Origin: Roseibacillus sp.
GTDB taxonomy: Bacteria > Verrucomicrobiota > Verrucomicrobiia > Verrucomicrobiales > Akkermansiaceae
DNA: 64,000 bases
Assembly (NCBI GenBank): GCA_051251855.1
Contig: JBPOGI010000001.1
Span: 832,001-896,000, forward strand
Direction: 5' to 3'
Shown here: piece after piece, positions 18,600 to 27,935 of the stretch
Numbering within the stretch: position 1 is the stretch's first letter
Layout: each line of letters starts with the position of its first letter
Position numbers and translations under genes: made by a program
Notes under the pieces: generated by a model
Databases searched by the model: none
What the model saw: only the letters and a program-made list of their open reading frames with translations
What the model was told of the DNA's origin: nothing

Positions 18600-21500
18600 C
18601 TATTTTTTGAGGTTTGCCTTCAGTTCTTTAGCGGTCCAAGGGACGTATTTTCTGCTTTCGATCTCGGGTCGAAGCCGTTTGACCCTTCTCGGATTGATGG
18701 GGTTCTCTTCAATTTTTCCAAAGGCAAACCTCACAAAATTGGCGATTTCTGCGATTTCTTTGTCGGAGACATGGCTGTGACCGGGCATTACACCATCGTA
18801 TTTCTCTCCGTTGACCTCGATGGGGCCGGACAATCCGCCTAACAAGATTCGGAGCAGGAGGTCACTATTTCCTTGGATCCATTCGGAGTCAACGAGAGGA
18901 GGGAAGGTTCCTTCGACTCCTTTGCCGTCGGCTTGATGGCATTCTATGCAAGCCTTCAGATAGGCATCACGACCAGCGAGGAGACGTTGGGGGGCTTTCA
19001 AGGTCATGGGTGCAATTTCTTTGGGACCGGCAAGCACTCTCTTGATGTGAGTCTGTAGTCCGCTGGGTGCTTTGTCTGCCCATTGAGCGAGCGTCTCTCG
19101 ATGCTTGCCGGAGGAGACGAGTTTGATTGTTTCGATGACTTCGTTTTCCTGCCAGTTCTTGGGTTGCTTCGGGGAGATATCCAATCCGCTCTGGAGAAGT
19201 GAGAGCCGCTGTTTTCGCAAGGCCAGGCGGGCGGATTCTTTGAGTGAGTGATCAAAGGTCTTTTCTTCTTTTAGGCGTTCCCAAAGAGCTTGGGCAATCT
19301 CTGGAGATGCGGGAGCGAGCGCGGCGGTATTGAGCACGTGGAGTAGTTCCCGCTGGTCTTGGGTCGAAGAGATCGCTTCGGGGAGGGCTGCTTGTAAGGC
19401 CGAGTTTTGCCCCCCAAGAGCAGTCATCGCATGACGGCGTAGGAGAGCGTTTGAGGAAGAAAGCGACGGGACGATAGCATCGAGTTGTCTCAGTCCTTCG
19501 AGAGTCCAGAGCGCATGAATCGCTGGAAGGGGAGCTTCTTCGCTTTTCGAAAGAAGTTTTTCTAGTTCGGGGACGATTGACTTGTTCTGGCTCTCGACTA
19601 GGAGTCGCTGGGCTTGTAAACGAATGAGCTGGGAGGGGGAGGAAAGCTCCGCCAAGACAGCCTCGGGACTCTCTTCATTCAAAACCATGCTTTCGCGAAG
19701 GGGGGTGTCTGTTGGGACGACTCTCCAAATCCGGCCATGTTTGCGATCCCGCAGAGGAGTTCGGTAGGCGTTTCCTTTACCGGGACCTTTTTTCTCGCCG
19801 GTATGAAAAGGGCTGTGGGCTTGGTCATAGCCGCGCGCGGGGTTGTAGTAGCGAAACACGACGTTGTGCTGGATGATGGGGTTATACCAATCGGCGATCC
19901 AAACGGCTCCATCTGGACCCACTCGGCATGCAACAGGGGCAGCCCACGCATCTGAGCTGGCAAAGATATTGTTACCGCGAAGGATGGTCTTGAGAATGGA
20001 GCCGTCGGGCACCACTTCTCCAGTGGCGACAATGTGACCAGTGGGCTCACAGATAAAGACGTTGTTTGGGCTGACAACCTCTTCCATAATCCGGTCGGTG
20101 TAGAATTGGTGGCCAGCAACAGCGGTGTATCCTTCAATCTGATCCACTTGGGTGACATCCAGGGTGTTGGTATACATGGGCAAGATGCGCGGGCCATCCT
20201 TCTGGGCGCGACTGCGCGACATATCGATTCTGGGTGTCTTGGATTGTTCAATGTTGCTGCCAAGGTAGGCTTTGGCGGGAGTAGACACCATCCACGAGGG
20301 GTTGTTGTTCGCAGTAGAACCGGTGATGTCGCCTTCTTCCGTGAAACCGAGGCCCCAAGTATTGTTCGTGGTAGTTTGGATCAGTTCAAGCTCGGAAAGA
20401 TCGGGCCGAAATCGAAAGACGGCTTTGCTGAACTTCTTCCGTTTTCCAGAAATCTGCATGTCCACTCCACTGTAGCCAACGGTGGCGTAGATCCAGTTGT
20501 CCAGGCCATAGAATAGGTTGGAGGTAGAGGCATGGGTGTCGTTCATGATGAGACCTGTCGCGAGAACGTTGCGAACATCCGCTTGGTCATCGCCATCGGT
20601 GTCCTCGAGATAGACGAAGTCGCGACCATCGGTAGCGATGAGTCCTTTTCCGGTGAAAACAGTGGCAGTGCAGTGGCGGAGTCCTTTGGCGAAAACGGTG
20701 ACTTCATCAGCGGCGCCGTCGTGGTCGGTGTCGGTGAGAATTTTAATGGTGTCTGAGCCACTGCCGGGTTCTTCGGGAACATCGTTGGGGTAGCCAAAGC
20801 TCTCGACTACCCAAGCTCGTCCTTGGGTGTCCCAATCGATGGCGATGGGATTCATAATCATGGGTTCGCTGGCAAAGAGCTGCAGACGCGTGCCTACTGG
20901 AACCTGAGTGTGAGCGGCACTGGCAGCGGGGGAGAGTGGCTTCTGTAACTCCATCATTGGGATGTCGGGATGGGTGCGATTGTCGAGGTCGGGGATTTCA
21001 GTTTCGAGTGGAGGAAGGTTGAGCTGGGAAAAGAGCGAGGCCTTCTGGTCACCGATGGTCCACAGGATAGCCCGCTGCACTAAGGTGAGGTAGGCTGGTT
21101 CTTTCCAGCAACGAAGGTCATGTCCACTAGCGGTGTAGGAGACGCGACCTTTTCCCTCGGTACGAACCCAGGTCCAGGGCTCAGGCTCGGTTTCACCTTT
21201 GTTCATCGGGTCGCGCACTTGTAAGACGAAACGGTCTTCAGTGAGGTCGGTATGCTGGTAGGTTTCGTCCCAAGACTCTAGGACAGGAAGCTCGCGGGTG
21301 ATGGGGTGGTCGTCAGCAATGGTGCGTGGGCTGAAGACGCCTCCTTCGTGACTGGCAAAACGCCCACCGACCAAATCAAACCAATCCTCGGAAGGGTGAA
21401 AGCAGCCGCAGGCGGAGTGCAGAGCAACCAAGGCTCCTCCGTCCTTTATCCAAGGGAGAAGGTCTTTTGGGACAGTCTCTTGTTCGTGATTGGCGTAGAC

Positions 21501-21734
21501 GATGAGGGCGTCGTAATGGGACAGGTTCTTGTGAGTGATTTGACTCAAGTCCTCTTCGAAGGTGAGGTTGAATCCTTGGGGGCCGAGGAATTGCTTGAGG
21601 ATGCGGTAGCGCTCAATTGGATTATGATGGCCATCGTCACCCAAGAAGAGAACCTCGAGTCGGTGCGGTGTTTTCTCCGTCTCTCCAAAAACGGCAAGAG
21701 AGAACAGGAGGCTTAGGAGAAGAATTTTGAACAT
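18600..21734 (-). CDS. ThuA + PVC-type dehydrogenase propeller + HEAT-like + cytochrome c (CxxCH) protein
   Basis: LFLGDDGHH/ASGHD ThuA; LFASEP..NPIAIDWD..GR.WVVE, NNTWGLGF, VGPDGAVWIADWYN, RDRKHGRIWR; CIECHQ..G.G....FPPL. Confidence 0.88.
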   Translation of the reverse strand: MFKILLLSLLFSLAVFGETEKTPHRLEVLFLGDDGHHNPIERYRILKQFLGPQGFNLTFEEDLSQITHKNLSHYDALIVYANHEQETVPKDLLPWIKDGGALVALHSACGCFHPSEDWFDLVGGRFASHEGGVFSPRTIADDHPITRELPVLESWDETYQHTDLTEDRFVLQVRDPMNKGETEPEPWTWVRTEGKGRVSYTASGHDLRCWKEPAYLTLVQRAILWTIGDQKASLFSQLNLPPLETEIPDLDNRTHPDIPMMELQKPLSPAASAAHTQVPVGTRLQLFASEPMIMNPIAIDWDTQGRAWVVESFGYPNDVPEEPGSGSDTIKILTDTDHDGAADEVTVFAKGLRHCTATVFTGKGLIATDGRDFVYLEDTDGDDQADVRNVLATGLIMNDTHASTSNLFYGLDNWIYATVGYSGVDMQISGKRKKFSKAVFRFRPDLSELELIQTTTNNTWGLGFTEEGDITGSTANNNPSWMVSTPAKAYLGSNIEQSKTPRIDMSRSRAQKDGPRILPMYTNTLDVTQVDQIEGYTAVAGHQFYTDRIMEEVVSPNNVFICEPTGHIVATGEVVPDGSILKTILRGNNIFASSDAWAAPVACRVGPDGAVWIADWYNPIIQHNVVFRYYNPARGYDQAHSPFHTGEKKGPGKGNAYRTPLRDRKHGRIWRVVPTDTPLRESMVLNEESPEAVLAELSSPSQLIRLQAQRLLVESQNKSIVPELEKLLSKSEEAPLPAIHALWTLEGLRQLDAIVPSLSSSNALLRRHAMTALGGQNSALQAALPEAISSTQDQRELLHVLNTAALAPASPEIAQALWERLKEEKTFDHSLKESARLALRKQRLSLLQSGLDISPKQPKNWQENEVIETIKLVSSGKHRETLAQWADKAPSGLQTHIKRVLAGPKEIAPMTLKAPQRLLAGRDAYLKACIECHQADGKGVEGTFPPLVDSEWIQGNSDLLLRILLGGLSGPIEVNGEKYDGVMPGHSHVSDKEIAEIANFVRFAFGKIEENPINPRRVKRLRPEIESRKYVPWTAKELKANLKK

Positions 21735-21818
21735 GAATCGAAATTTAATGGTTTAGCGTGAAAGGAATGAGGTTGAAAAAGTTTTTGTTTGTAATCGTCA
21801 CTCAGGTGGTTTCCTAGC

Positions 21819-22682
21819 TTAGCGTTTGACGTTAATTGATTTGAACTCGCGGGTGAGGTTGGTGAGTGACTCTTCAACCCCCATTCGTTCGAGGCTGGAA
21901 GCGCCTACGAATCCTACGCAGTCCGTTGCCTGAATCACACGATCAGCATCTTCGGGAGTATTGATGGGGCCTCCATGGCAAAGATAGAAGATGTCGTCGC
22001 GCACAGCCTTGGCGGCTTCGATAATGTTTTGAGTGCGTTCAATGGTGTCGTCCCAAGAAGCAACAGCGCCGGTGACTCCAATTGAGCCACCCACCGTGGT
22101 GCCAACGTGAGCAATGATGGCATCTGCCCCCTGACGGGCCATCTCCGCAGCCTCTTCGGGAGAGCCGACATAGACGATGGAAAAGAGATCCATTTTGTGC
22201 GCCAGACCTACCGTTTCAAATTCCTTCTGAACACTCATTCCCGTTTCCTCTAGGACATCGCGGAAGTGTCCATCAACGATGGTGTGAGTGGGAAAGTTGT
22301 TGATGCCGGAGAAGCCCATCTCCTTGACCTTGCCAAGCCAGTGCCACATGCGGCGACGGGGGTCGGTGGCGTGGACTCCGCAGATGACCGGGATTTCCTC
22401 TACCACGGGAAGGACCTCATACTCGCCGATTTCCATCGCGATAGCATTAGCGTCTCCGTATGCCATCAGGCCGGCGGTAGAGCCATGACCCATCATGCGA
22501 AAGCGTCCCGAGTTGTAGATGATGATCATGTCGGCTCCACCTTTTTCGATGAATTTGGCGCTAATGCCGGAACCGGCTCCAGCTACGATGATCGCTTTCT
22601 CTGTCGCAAGGGTTGCGTTGAATCGTTCGCGAACTTCCTCCCGGGTGTAGGGGTTTCCAATTCCGGTCCATTGATTTGGCAT
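21819..22682 (-). CDS. phosphoenolpyruvate hydrolase-like TIM-barrel protein (Tm-1 C-terminal-like)
   Basis: GAGSGISAK, IIYNSGRFRM, GLMAYGDAN, GFSGINNFPT, LEETGM, CHGGPI, GASSLER. Confidence 0.85.
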   Translation of the reverse strand: MPNQWTGIGNPYTREEVRERFNATLATEKAIIVAGAGSGISAKFIEKGGADMIIIYNSGRFRMMGHGSTAGLMAYGDANAIAMEIGEYEVLPVVEEIPVICGVHATDPRRRMWHWLGKVKEMGFSGINNFPTHTIVDGHFRDVLEETGMSVQKEFETVGLAHKMDLFSIVYVGSPEEAAEMARQGADAIIAHVGTTVGGSIGVTGAVASWDDTIERTQNIIEAAKAVRDDIFYLCHGGPINTPEDADRVIQATDCVGFVGASSLERMGVEESLTNLTREFKSINVKR

Positions 22683-22820
22683 TGCAGTTTAATAGGATTC
22701 AGTTCACTTCCTGTCGAGATAGAGAAGGAGAACCTCTCCACGAACACTTATTCAAAATCCACATTTTCGAGAGGTTGGGTATTCCTGTGACCTCAATTAT
22801 GTGGTAGTTTTCCCTCGTAT

Positions 22821-23699
22821 TTGAAGCCTCCCTCCACATTTTCGCACCCAAGTTCTGATATCGAGATCTTTGGGCCAGAGACCAGTCTTCTGGCGGTTCG
22901 TTCGAGGGAAAGCGATCTTCGCGAGTGGATGCGGGATGATCCTATTTGCACGCTTTTACTGCAAAACAATATTTCACACTGCGGAATCATGAATGCGGCT
23001 GCTCCCTATCACATTGTGAGGAGGCATCAAACGGGCTCGTTCATGCTCAGTTGTTTCGAGGGGGAGGGGCTTGTCCTAGCTGATGGTAAATGGCGAAAAA
23101 TTGTAGCAGGACAAGCGTGTCTCTTACCCCCCTTTACGCTCAATTCCTTAAAGTGTCTGCCTAACAAACGATGGGGTTTTTCTTGGGTGCGTTATTCAGA
23201 AAGCAATGAAACCCGACCTGTAGTCACCGCGCTCTCTCCTGTAGTAGGAGTATTTGCTCCGCAGTCCATGCAAGCGGCGGTGACTGGACTCCATGCTGAG
23301 TGCCTTGCGAGCCAGAACTTGTCCGCACTTCACCACTGGAGCGAGTTGATTCATCATTATGTCCTTCAGTTTGCTCAGCCTCATAGTAGTGACGAACGGC
23401 TTTGGAGAGTCTGGGAAAAGGTGGAGGGGGATTTGAATTATGCTTGGTCCCTGGATGAACTTGCGAGGATTGAATGCATGAGCAGCGAGCATCTCCGGCG
23501 CCTTTGTAAGAGCGAGTTGGGTCGAAGTCCTATGCAGCATTTGACTCATCTTCGTCTGCAAAAGGCCCGTCAGCTCCTCTCGACGACAGAGGATAAGGTG
23601 GAAGTGATTGCCAAACAGGTGGGATACGAGAGCGTGACTTCTTTCTCTAACACTTTTCGGAAATGGATCGGATTTCCCCCCGCCCATTTTCGGCGCTAG
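22821..23699 (+). CDS. AraC family transcriptional regulator
   Basis: WSLDELA...S.EHLRRL...GRSPMQ...LRL..A..LL, IAKQVGY....FS..FRKWIG..P; start uncertain. Confidence 0.9.
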   Translation: MKPPSTFSHPSSDIEIFGPETSLLAVRSRESDLREWMRDDPICTLLLQNNISHCGIMNAAAPYHIVRRHQTGSFMLSCFEGEGLVLADGKWRKIVAGQACLLPPFTLNSLKCLPNKRWGFSWVRYSESNETRPVVTALSPVVGVFAPQSMQAAVTGLHAECLASQNLSALHHWSELIHHYVLQFAQPHSSDERLWRVWEKVEGDLNYAWSLDELARIECMSSEHLRRLCKSELGRSPMQHLTHLRLQKARQLLSTTEDKVEVIAKQVGYESVTSFSNTFRKWIGFPPAHFRR

Positions 23700-24094
23700 C
23701 GCAGCGATGTCCAAGGCTCCTCGTCGAATACATCCACGGTCATGGGGCCTTTCTGAGACACCGGGCTTAGTATCGCGAGGATAACGGCGTCTTCTTCAGA
23801 TTCATTGAAACTGGCGTGAACAAGGCCTCTTCCAATATGGGCGCATTCACCCACTTTGAGGGTTTTCTTTTCCTTCTCAACCCACTGCACTACTTCGCCC
23901 TCTAGCACGTAGATCGCTTCCTCCAGCTCGGGGTGGCGATGAAAATCATGACCTTCGCCTGGAGGCAAAACTGCGCGGCAGATTTGGAGGTCTTTTGCAT
24001 TCGTGATGTCCGGATGGCACACCCAGAAATTGGTGCGGCCCTTGAAATCTTCGCGAATGGCATTGGCTTCGGTGATGAAGGGGGTCTTGTTCAT
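23696..24094 (-). CDS. cupin domain protein
   Basis: PGEGHDFHRHPELEEAIYVLEG and GLVH metal-binding motifs. Confidence 0.88.
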   Translation of the reverse strand: MNKTPFITEANAIREDFKGRTNFWVCHPDITNAKDLQICRAVLPPGEGHDFHRHPELEEAIYVLEGEVVQWVEKEKKTLKVGECAHIGRGLVHASFNESEEDAVILAILSPVSQKGPMTVDVFDEEPWTSLR

Positions 24095-24196
24095 GGATTT
24101 GATGAGGCGGTATGAAAGGAGTCATTGACCGAGGAATTGGTCTCTTTCCTTTAGTTGAAGAGTGGTGGCGAGAAAGGGGGGAAGTCGTTTTCTTGT

Positions 24197-26044
24197 CTAA
24201 CAGGAGCGGCCGCCGTCGAAGTTGGCTGGGGAGTCGGAATCGGGGTCGGTTTGTTGGCGGTCGGGGTTGCGCCAGGTTTTGAGGCCTTCGATGATGATCC
24301 AGACTTCGAGGATGACGGTGGCGATGGCGAAGGTGCTGAGGAGGTAGTTGGGTTTGGTGCCGGTGAGCCAAGCGGCTTCGCCTTGGAAGAGATTAAGACC
24401 CATCGCGATCCCGGGGAGGATGAGCATGAGGATGGCGGGAGGGACGATGAACCAGATTGGGGCTTTTTTCAGGCGGAGCCAAAAGAGGATAACGAGGAAG
24501 GCGAGGCCTCCGAGGAGTTGGTTGGTGGCTCCAAAAAGAGGCCAAAGGAGGAGGCCGCCTTTGCCGAGATTGGCGAGTTCCCAAGTGGCTCCCGGTGCTG
24601 GCATAGCGGCGATGATTCCAGCGACAACGACTGCAAAGATGGTGGCGAGATGTTTGTTGGTGAGGGGCTTGATTTTGAGTTGAACGGCGAGCTCTTGGGT
24701 GACGTAGCGTTGGAGGCGGCAGGCGGAGTCGAGGGTGGTGGCGGCGAAGGAGGCGACGAAGACACCCATAACGGCCACGGCGAAGGTGGCGGGGAGGCCG
24801 AGGGCTTTCAGGAAGTTGGCGGCTCCGTCGACGAAGGCTCCTACTTTGGCCGCGAGTCCAGCGGCGCTGCCCCACGTTGCGTAGCGAGCTTGGTAGGCGT
24901 CTTCGCCTGTGAGGAGGACTCCGGTTTTGACGCCGTCGATGACTTGGGGGATGCCGAGTCCGAGTCCAGCGACGCAGGCGAGAATGACGATGGTGGCGAG
25001 GAAGCCCTCAGTGAGCATGGAGCCGTAGCCAACAAAGTGGGCATCGGCTTCGTTTTTGAGCTGCTTGGAGGAGGTTCCTGAAGAGACGAGACAGTGGAAG
25101 CCGGAGATGGCACCGCAGGCGATGGTGATGAAAAGGAAGGGGAAGATGAAAGGCGCGCCTTCGGGATTGAGGCGGAGGGCGGGAGCGGCGATTTCGAGGC
25201 TTTGTTTTCCGGCCCCTTGGTCGAGCCCGATGAAGGCGGCGGCGATGAGGCCGAGGAAGACAAGGGCGAGGGTGGAGACGAGTTGGAGGGAGTTGATGTA
25301 GTCGCGCGGCTGCAGCAGGAGCCAAACGGGGAGGACGGAGGCAAAGTAGGAGTAGGCTAACAAGAGGACGACCCAAGTGATGATGGGCCAGCTGGCGAGG
25401 GTGGCGTTGAAGCTGTGGAGGAATCCGGCGTCGCCGTAGAGCACGCTGAGATACATCAGGGCGAGAGAGATGAGGGAGGGAATGAGGAGGTTGATACCTT
25501 TGCGGTGCAGGACGCTGCCGATGATGAGGGCGAGGGGGATCTGAATGAGGCAGGGGAAGATGGCGGCGGGGTAGGCCTTGAAGACGGCAGCGATGACGAG
25601 GCCAAAGATGGCGAGGACGATGGTGAGTGCGAGAAAGAGAATGGCGAGGAAGAGAATGCGTGCGCGACCGGAAAGGACCCGCCCTGCGATGTCGCCTACG
25701 GTTTGGCCTTTGTTGCGAAGAGAGACCACGAGTGCTCCAAGATCATGCACTGCCCCGATGAAGATAGAGCCAAAGAGGACCCAAAGGAGGGCTGGAACCC
25801 AGCCCCAGATGACGGCGAGTGCGGGGCCGACGATAGGGCCGGTTCCGGCAATGGAGGTGAAGTGATGACCGAAGACGATGGATTTGCTGGTGGGGACGTA
25901 GTCGTTGCCGTCTTCGAGCTCGATGGAGGGAGGGGTGCGGTTGGGGTCGAGTTTGAAAATTTTCTGAGAAAGCCACTTTCCGTAGGTATGGTAAGCGATG
26001 AGGTAGGCGAAAAACGCGCCGAGAGCGATGAGGAGTGTGGCCAT
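24197..26044 (-). CDS. cstA: carbon starvation protein A peptide/pyruvate transporter
   Basis: DG.DYVPT, FGHHFTSIAGTGPIVGP, LPVWLLLQPRDY, TIACGAISGFH, GYGSML.EG, LWPLFGATNQLL. Confidence 0.95.
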   Translation of the reverse strand: MATLLIALGAFFAYLIAYHTYGKWLSQKIFKLDPNRTPPSIELEDGNDYVPTSKSIVFGHHFTSIAGTGPIVGPALAVIWGWVPALLWVLFGSIFIGAVHDLGALVVSLRNKGQTVGDIAGRVLSGRARILFLAILFLALTIVLAIFGLVIAAVFKAYPAAIFPCLIQIPLALIIGSVLHRKGINLLIPSLISLALMYLSVLYGDAGFLHSFNATLASWPIITWVVLLLAYSYFASVLPVWLLLQPRDYINSLQLVSTLALVFLGLIAAAFIGLDQGAGKQSLEIAAPALRLNPEGAPFIFPFLFITIACGAISGFHCLVSSGTSSKQLKNEADAHFVGYGSMLTEGFLATIVILACVAGLGLGIPQVIDGVKTGVLLTGEDAYQARYATWGSAAGLAAKVGAFVDGAANFLKALGLPATFAVAVMGVFVASFAATTLDSACRLQRYVTQELAVQLKIKPLTNKHLATIFAVVVAGIIAAMPAPGATWELANLGKGGLLLWPLFGATNQLLGGLAFLVILFWLRLKKAPIWFIVPPAILMLILPGIAMGLNLFQGEAAWLTGTKPNYLLSTFAIATVILEVWIIIEGLKTWRNPDRQQTDPDSDSPANFDGGRSC

Positions 26045-26173
26045 GTGGTAGAGTTACTATGAAGAGCTGTTCCGGTCGGGTGAAACCCTTTTCTAAGTGT
26101 CATCGCGTCGCGCATCTAGCACGGAATTCGATTTGCGGGCGACAGGAGGGGGAAGTTATGGCAAGAAAAGAGG

Positions 26174-27115
26174 GTGAGTAATCAGAATTTCGAGGGTTTC
26201 ACTCCTTACGACAGTCAGTCTCCTCCGGGGATGCCACCTCTCCCTGAGGAGGAAGGCGTCGGTCCATGGGGGCCGTGGTGGAGTGTTCTTTGGGCATTTG
26301 TGGTGGTGTGTGTCTGGCAATTGGCGCAGCTTGGTGTTCTCGCTTTTCTATCGTTCAAAGAGTCGGGGGCTGACGGTTTGAAGGAGGCTGGGCTCGCTGA
26401 CTTCATGGACAAAGTCATGAAGGATGGCGACTTACTAGGGATCATGGGCTTTTCTTCCGCTGTGGTCGGCTGCCTGATGATCTTGGTGATTGTGAAAGTG
26501 CGCGGGGTCTCGCTTTCGCGAGGATTGGCTCTGCGAGCACCTAAGAAGTGGTGGATGTGGTTACTGGTTTTTCCCGCGTGGATTGTGGGAATGATTGTAA
26601 TCAGTCTTATCGTGAGTCCGTTTCAAAGTGACAAGTCGGTGACCGATCAGGCTCAGATTGCAGGAATGGTGGAAGGTACCAACTACATGATTTTGCTGTT
26701 TCTCGGAGTTTCAGTAGGGGCTCCGTTTTTCGAGGAGTTCTTGTTTCGGGGGCTTCTTCATGAGGGGTTACGACAGTCCTTTTTAGGGCCGATTGGCTCG
26801 GGGATTCTGACGGCTCTGGCCTTCTCGCTGATGCATGGACAGTATCAAGATCCAGCAGCATTCCTGATGCTCTTTTTGTTAGGATGCTTGTTCACCTTGG
26901 CGCGCGAGCTGACGGGAAGTCTATGGGTGGCAGTGGCTATGCATGCGATCCAAAATACGATGGTAACGGGGATGATGTTCCTAGCGCTGAATGGTTATAT
27001 TCCCGAGGACCAAATGCCGGAGGATTTGCGTGAAATTTTCAAGCAGAAGGAGCAGCCTGCTGTGATCATGGGGTTGGGGACTGGGCGTGGAGTTGATGTT
27101 TTAGAGGAGAAGTAA
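26174..27115 (+). CDS. CPBP/CAAX family intramembrane metalloprotease
   Basis: APFFEEFLFRG, FSLMH, GSLW.AVAMHAIQN. Confidence 0.9.
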   Translation: MSNQNFEGFTPYDSQSPPGMPPLPEEEGVGPWGPWWSVLWAFVVVCVWQLAQLGVLAFLSFKESGADGLKEAGLADFMDKVMKDGDLLGIMGFSSAVVGCLMILVIVKVRGVSLSRGLALRAPKKWWMWLLVFPAWIVGMIVISLIVSPFQSDKSVTDQAQIAGMVEGTNYMILLFLGVSVGAPFFEEFLFRGLLHEGLRQSFLGPIGSGILTALAFSLMHGQYQDPAAFLMLFLLGCLFTLARELTGSLWVAVAMHAIQNTMVTGMMFLALNGYIPEDQMPEDLREIFKQKEQPAVIMGLGTGRGVDVLEEK

Positions 27116-27320
27116 GGTAGGCGAAGAGCGAGGGCCAGTCCATGGTGCTCCAGTAACGGTTCTGGCGTGAGTTTACAGCTTGCTTGAACACTTGACCGTT
27201 ACGAAAAAAGGAAGGTGAACGCCGAAGGGTTAAGGCTGCAAGCTGCTCTCTTCGATATTTTTGAGCGTTGCGGAATTGACAAGGAAAGCGGAGGCAAGCC
27301 GCTCGCACAATCCGAGATTA

Positions 27321-27935
27321 TTAGAGACCGTCGAAGAACTCGACGAGGCCTGTTTTGAGAGAGTATTCTGCTCCGATAACCTTGAGATTATCGTTCTCTA
27401 TGAGGTCTTCCAAAATGGCGGAACCGTGACGCAATTGGTTGGCGGATGCTCGAATATTAGCACGAACCGCTTTTCTCAAGAGAAGCTCATAGTCGTCTTC
27501 GCTACGAAACTCGAGAAGGGGTTCTACGGCAGGGCGAATGCGGTTGACGATAGAGTCGAGATTGGGAGAGCGTTTCTCTGTGGGTTGTTGGAGCTCATTC
27601 AAGGTTGCTTTGATGGCTCCGCATTGAGTGTGGCCTAGAACGATAACGAGGCGGGTGCCGAATTGCTCAGCTGCAAATTCGACCGAACCCACCATGGAGG
27701 GCGCTACGATGTTGCCTGCTACCCGAATGACGAAAAGGTCCCCAAGGTTCTGGTCGAAGATGAGTTCGACTGGTGCACGTGAATCCGAGCAACCTAAGAT
27801 GATCGCAAAGGGGTGTTGTCCTTCGAGTAAAGTTTTGCGCTGTTCGTCTGTTGTCTGCATGACGCGGGCAGGAACCCCTGCGGCAAAGCGAGTATTTCCT
27901 TCTTGGAGGAGTTGGAGAGCTTCTGATGCTTTCAT
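27321..27935 (-). CDS. beta-class carbonic anhydrase
   Basis: GCSDSR, GDLFVIRVAGN, GHTQCGA zinc motifs. Confidence 0.95.
   Translation of the reverse strand: MKASEALQLLQEGNTRFAAGVPARVMQTTDEQRKTLLEGQHPFAIILGCSDSRAPVELIFDQNLGDLFVIRVAGNIVAPSMVGSVEFAAEQFGTRLVIVLGHTQCGAIKATLNELQQPTEKRSPNLDSIVNRIRPAVEPLLEFRSEDDYELLLRKAVRANIRASANQLRHGSAILEDLIENDNLKVIGAEYSLKTGLVEFFDGL

Noticed and set aside
24155..25081. Long antisense ORFs (also 13123-14172, 47499-48554, 631-1527, 38929-39654)
   Set aside because: Shadow frames opposite well-supported genes, produced by codon bias; no recognisable motifs
27066..27308. 80-aa minus-strand ORF as a RAYT or other gene remnant
   Set aside because: No HUH or other motif, and it overlaps the end of the CPBP gene
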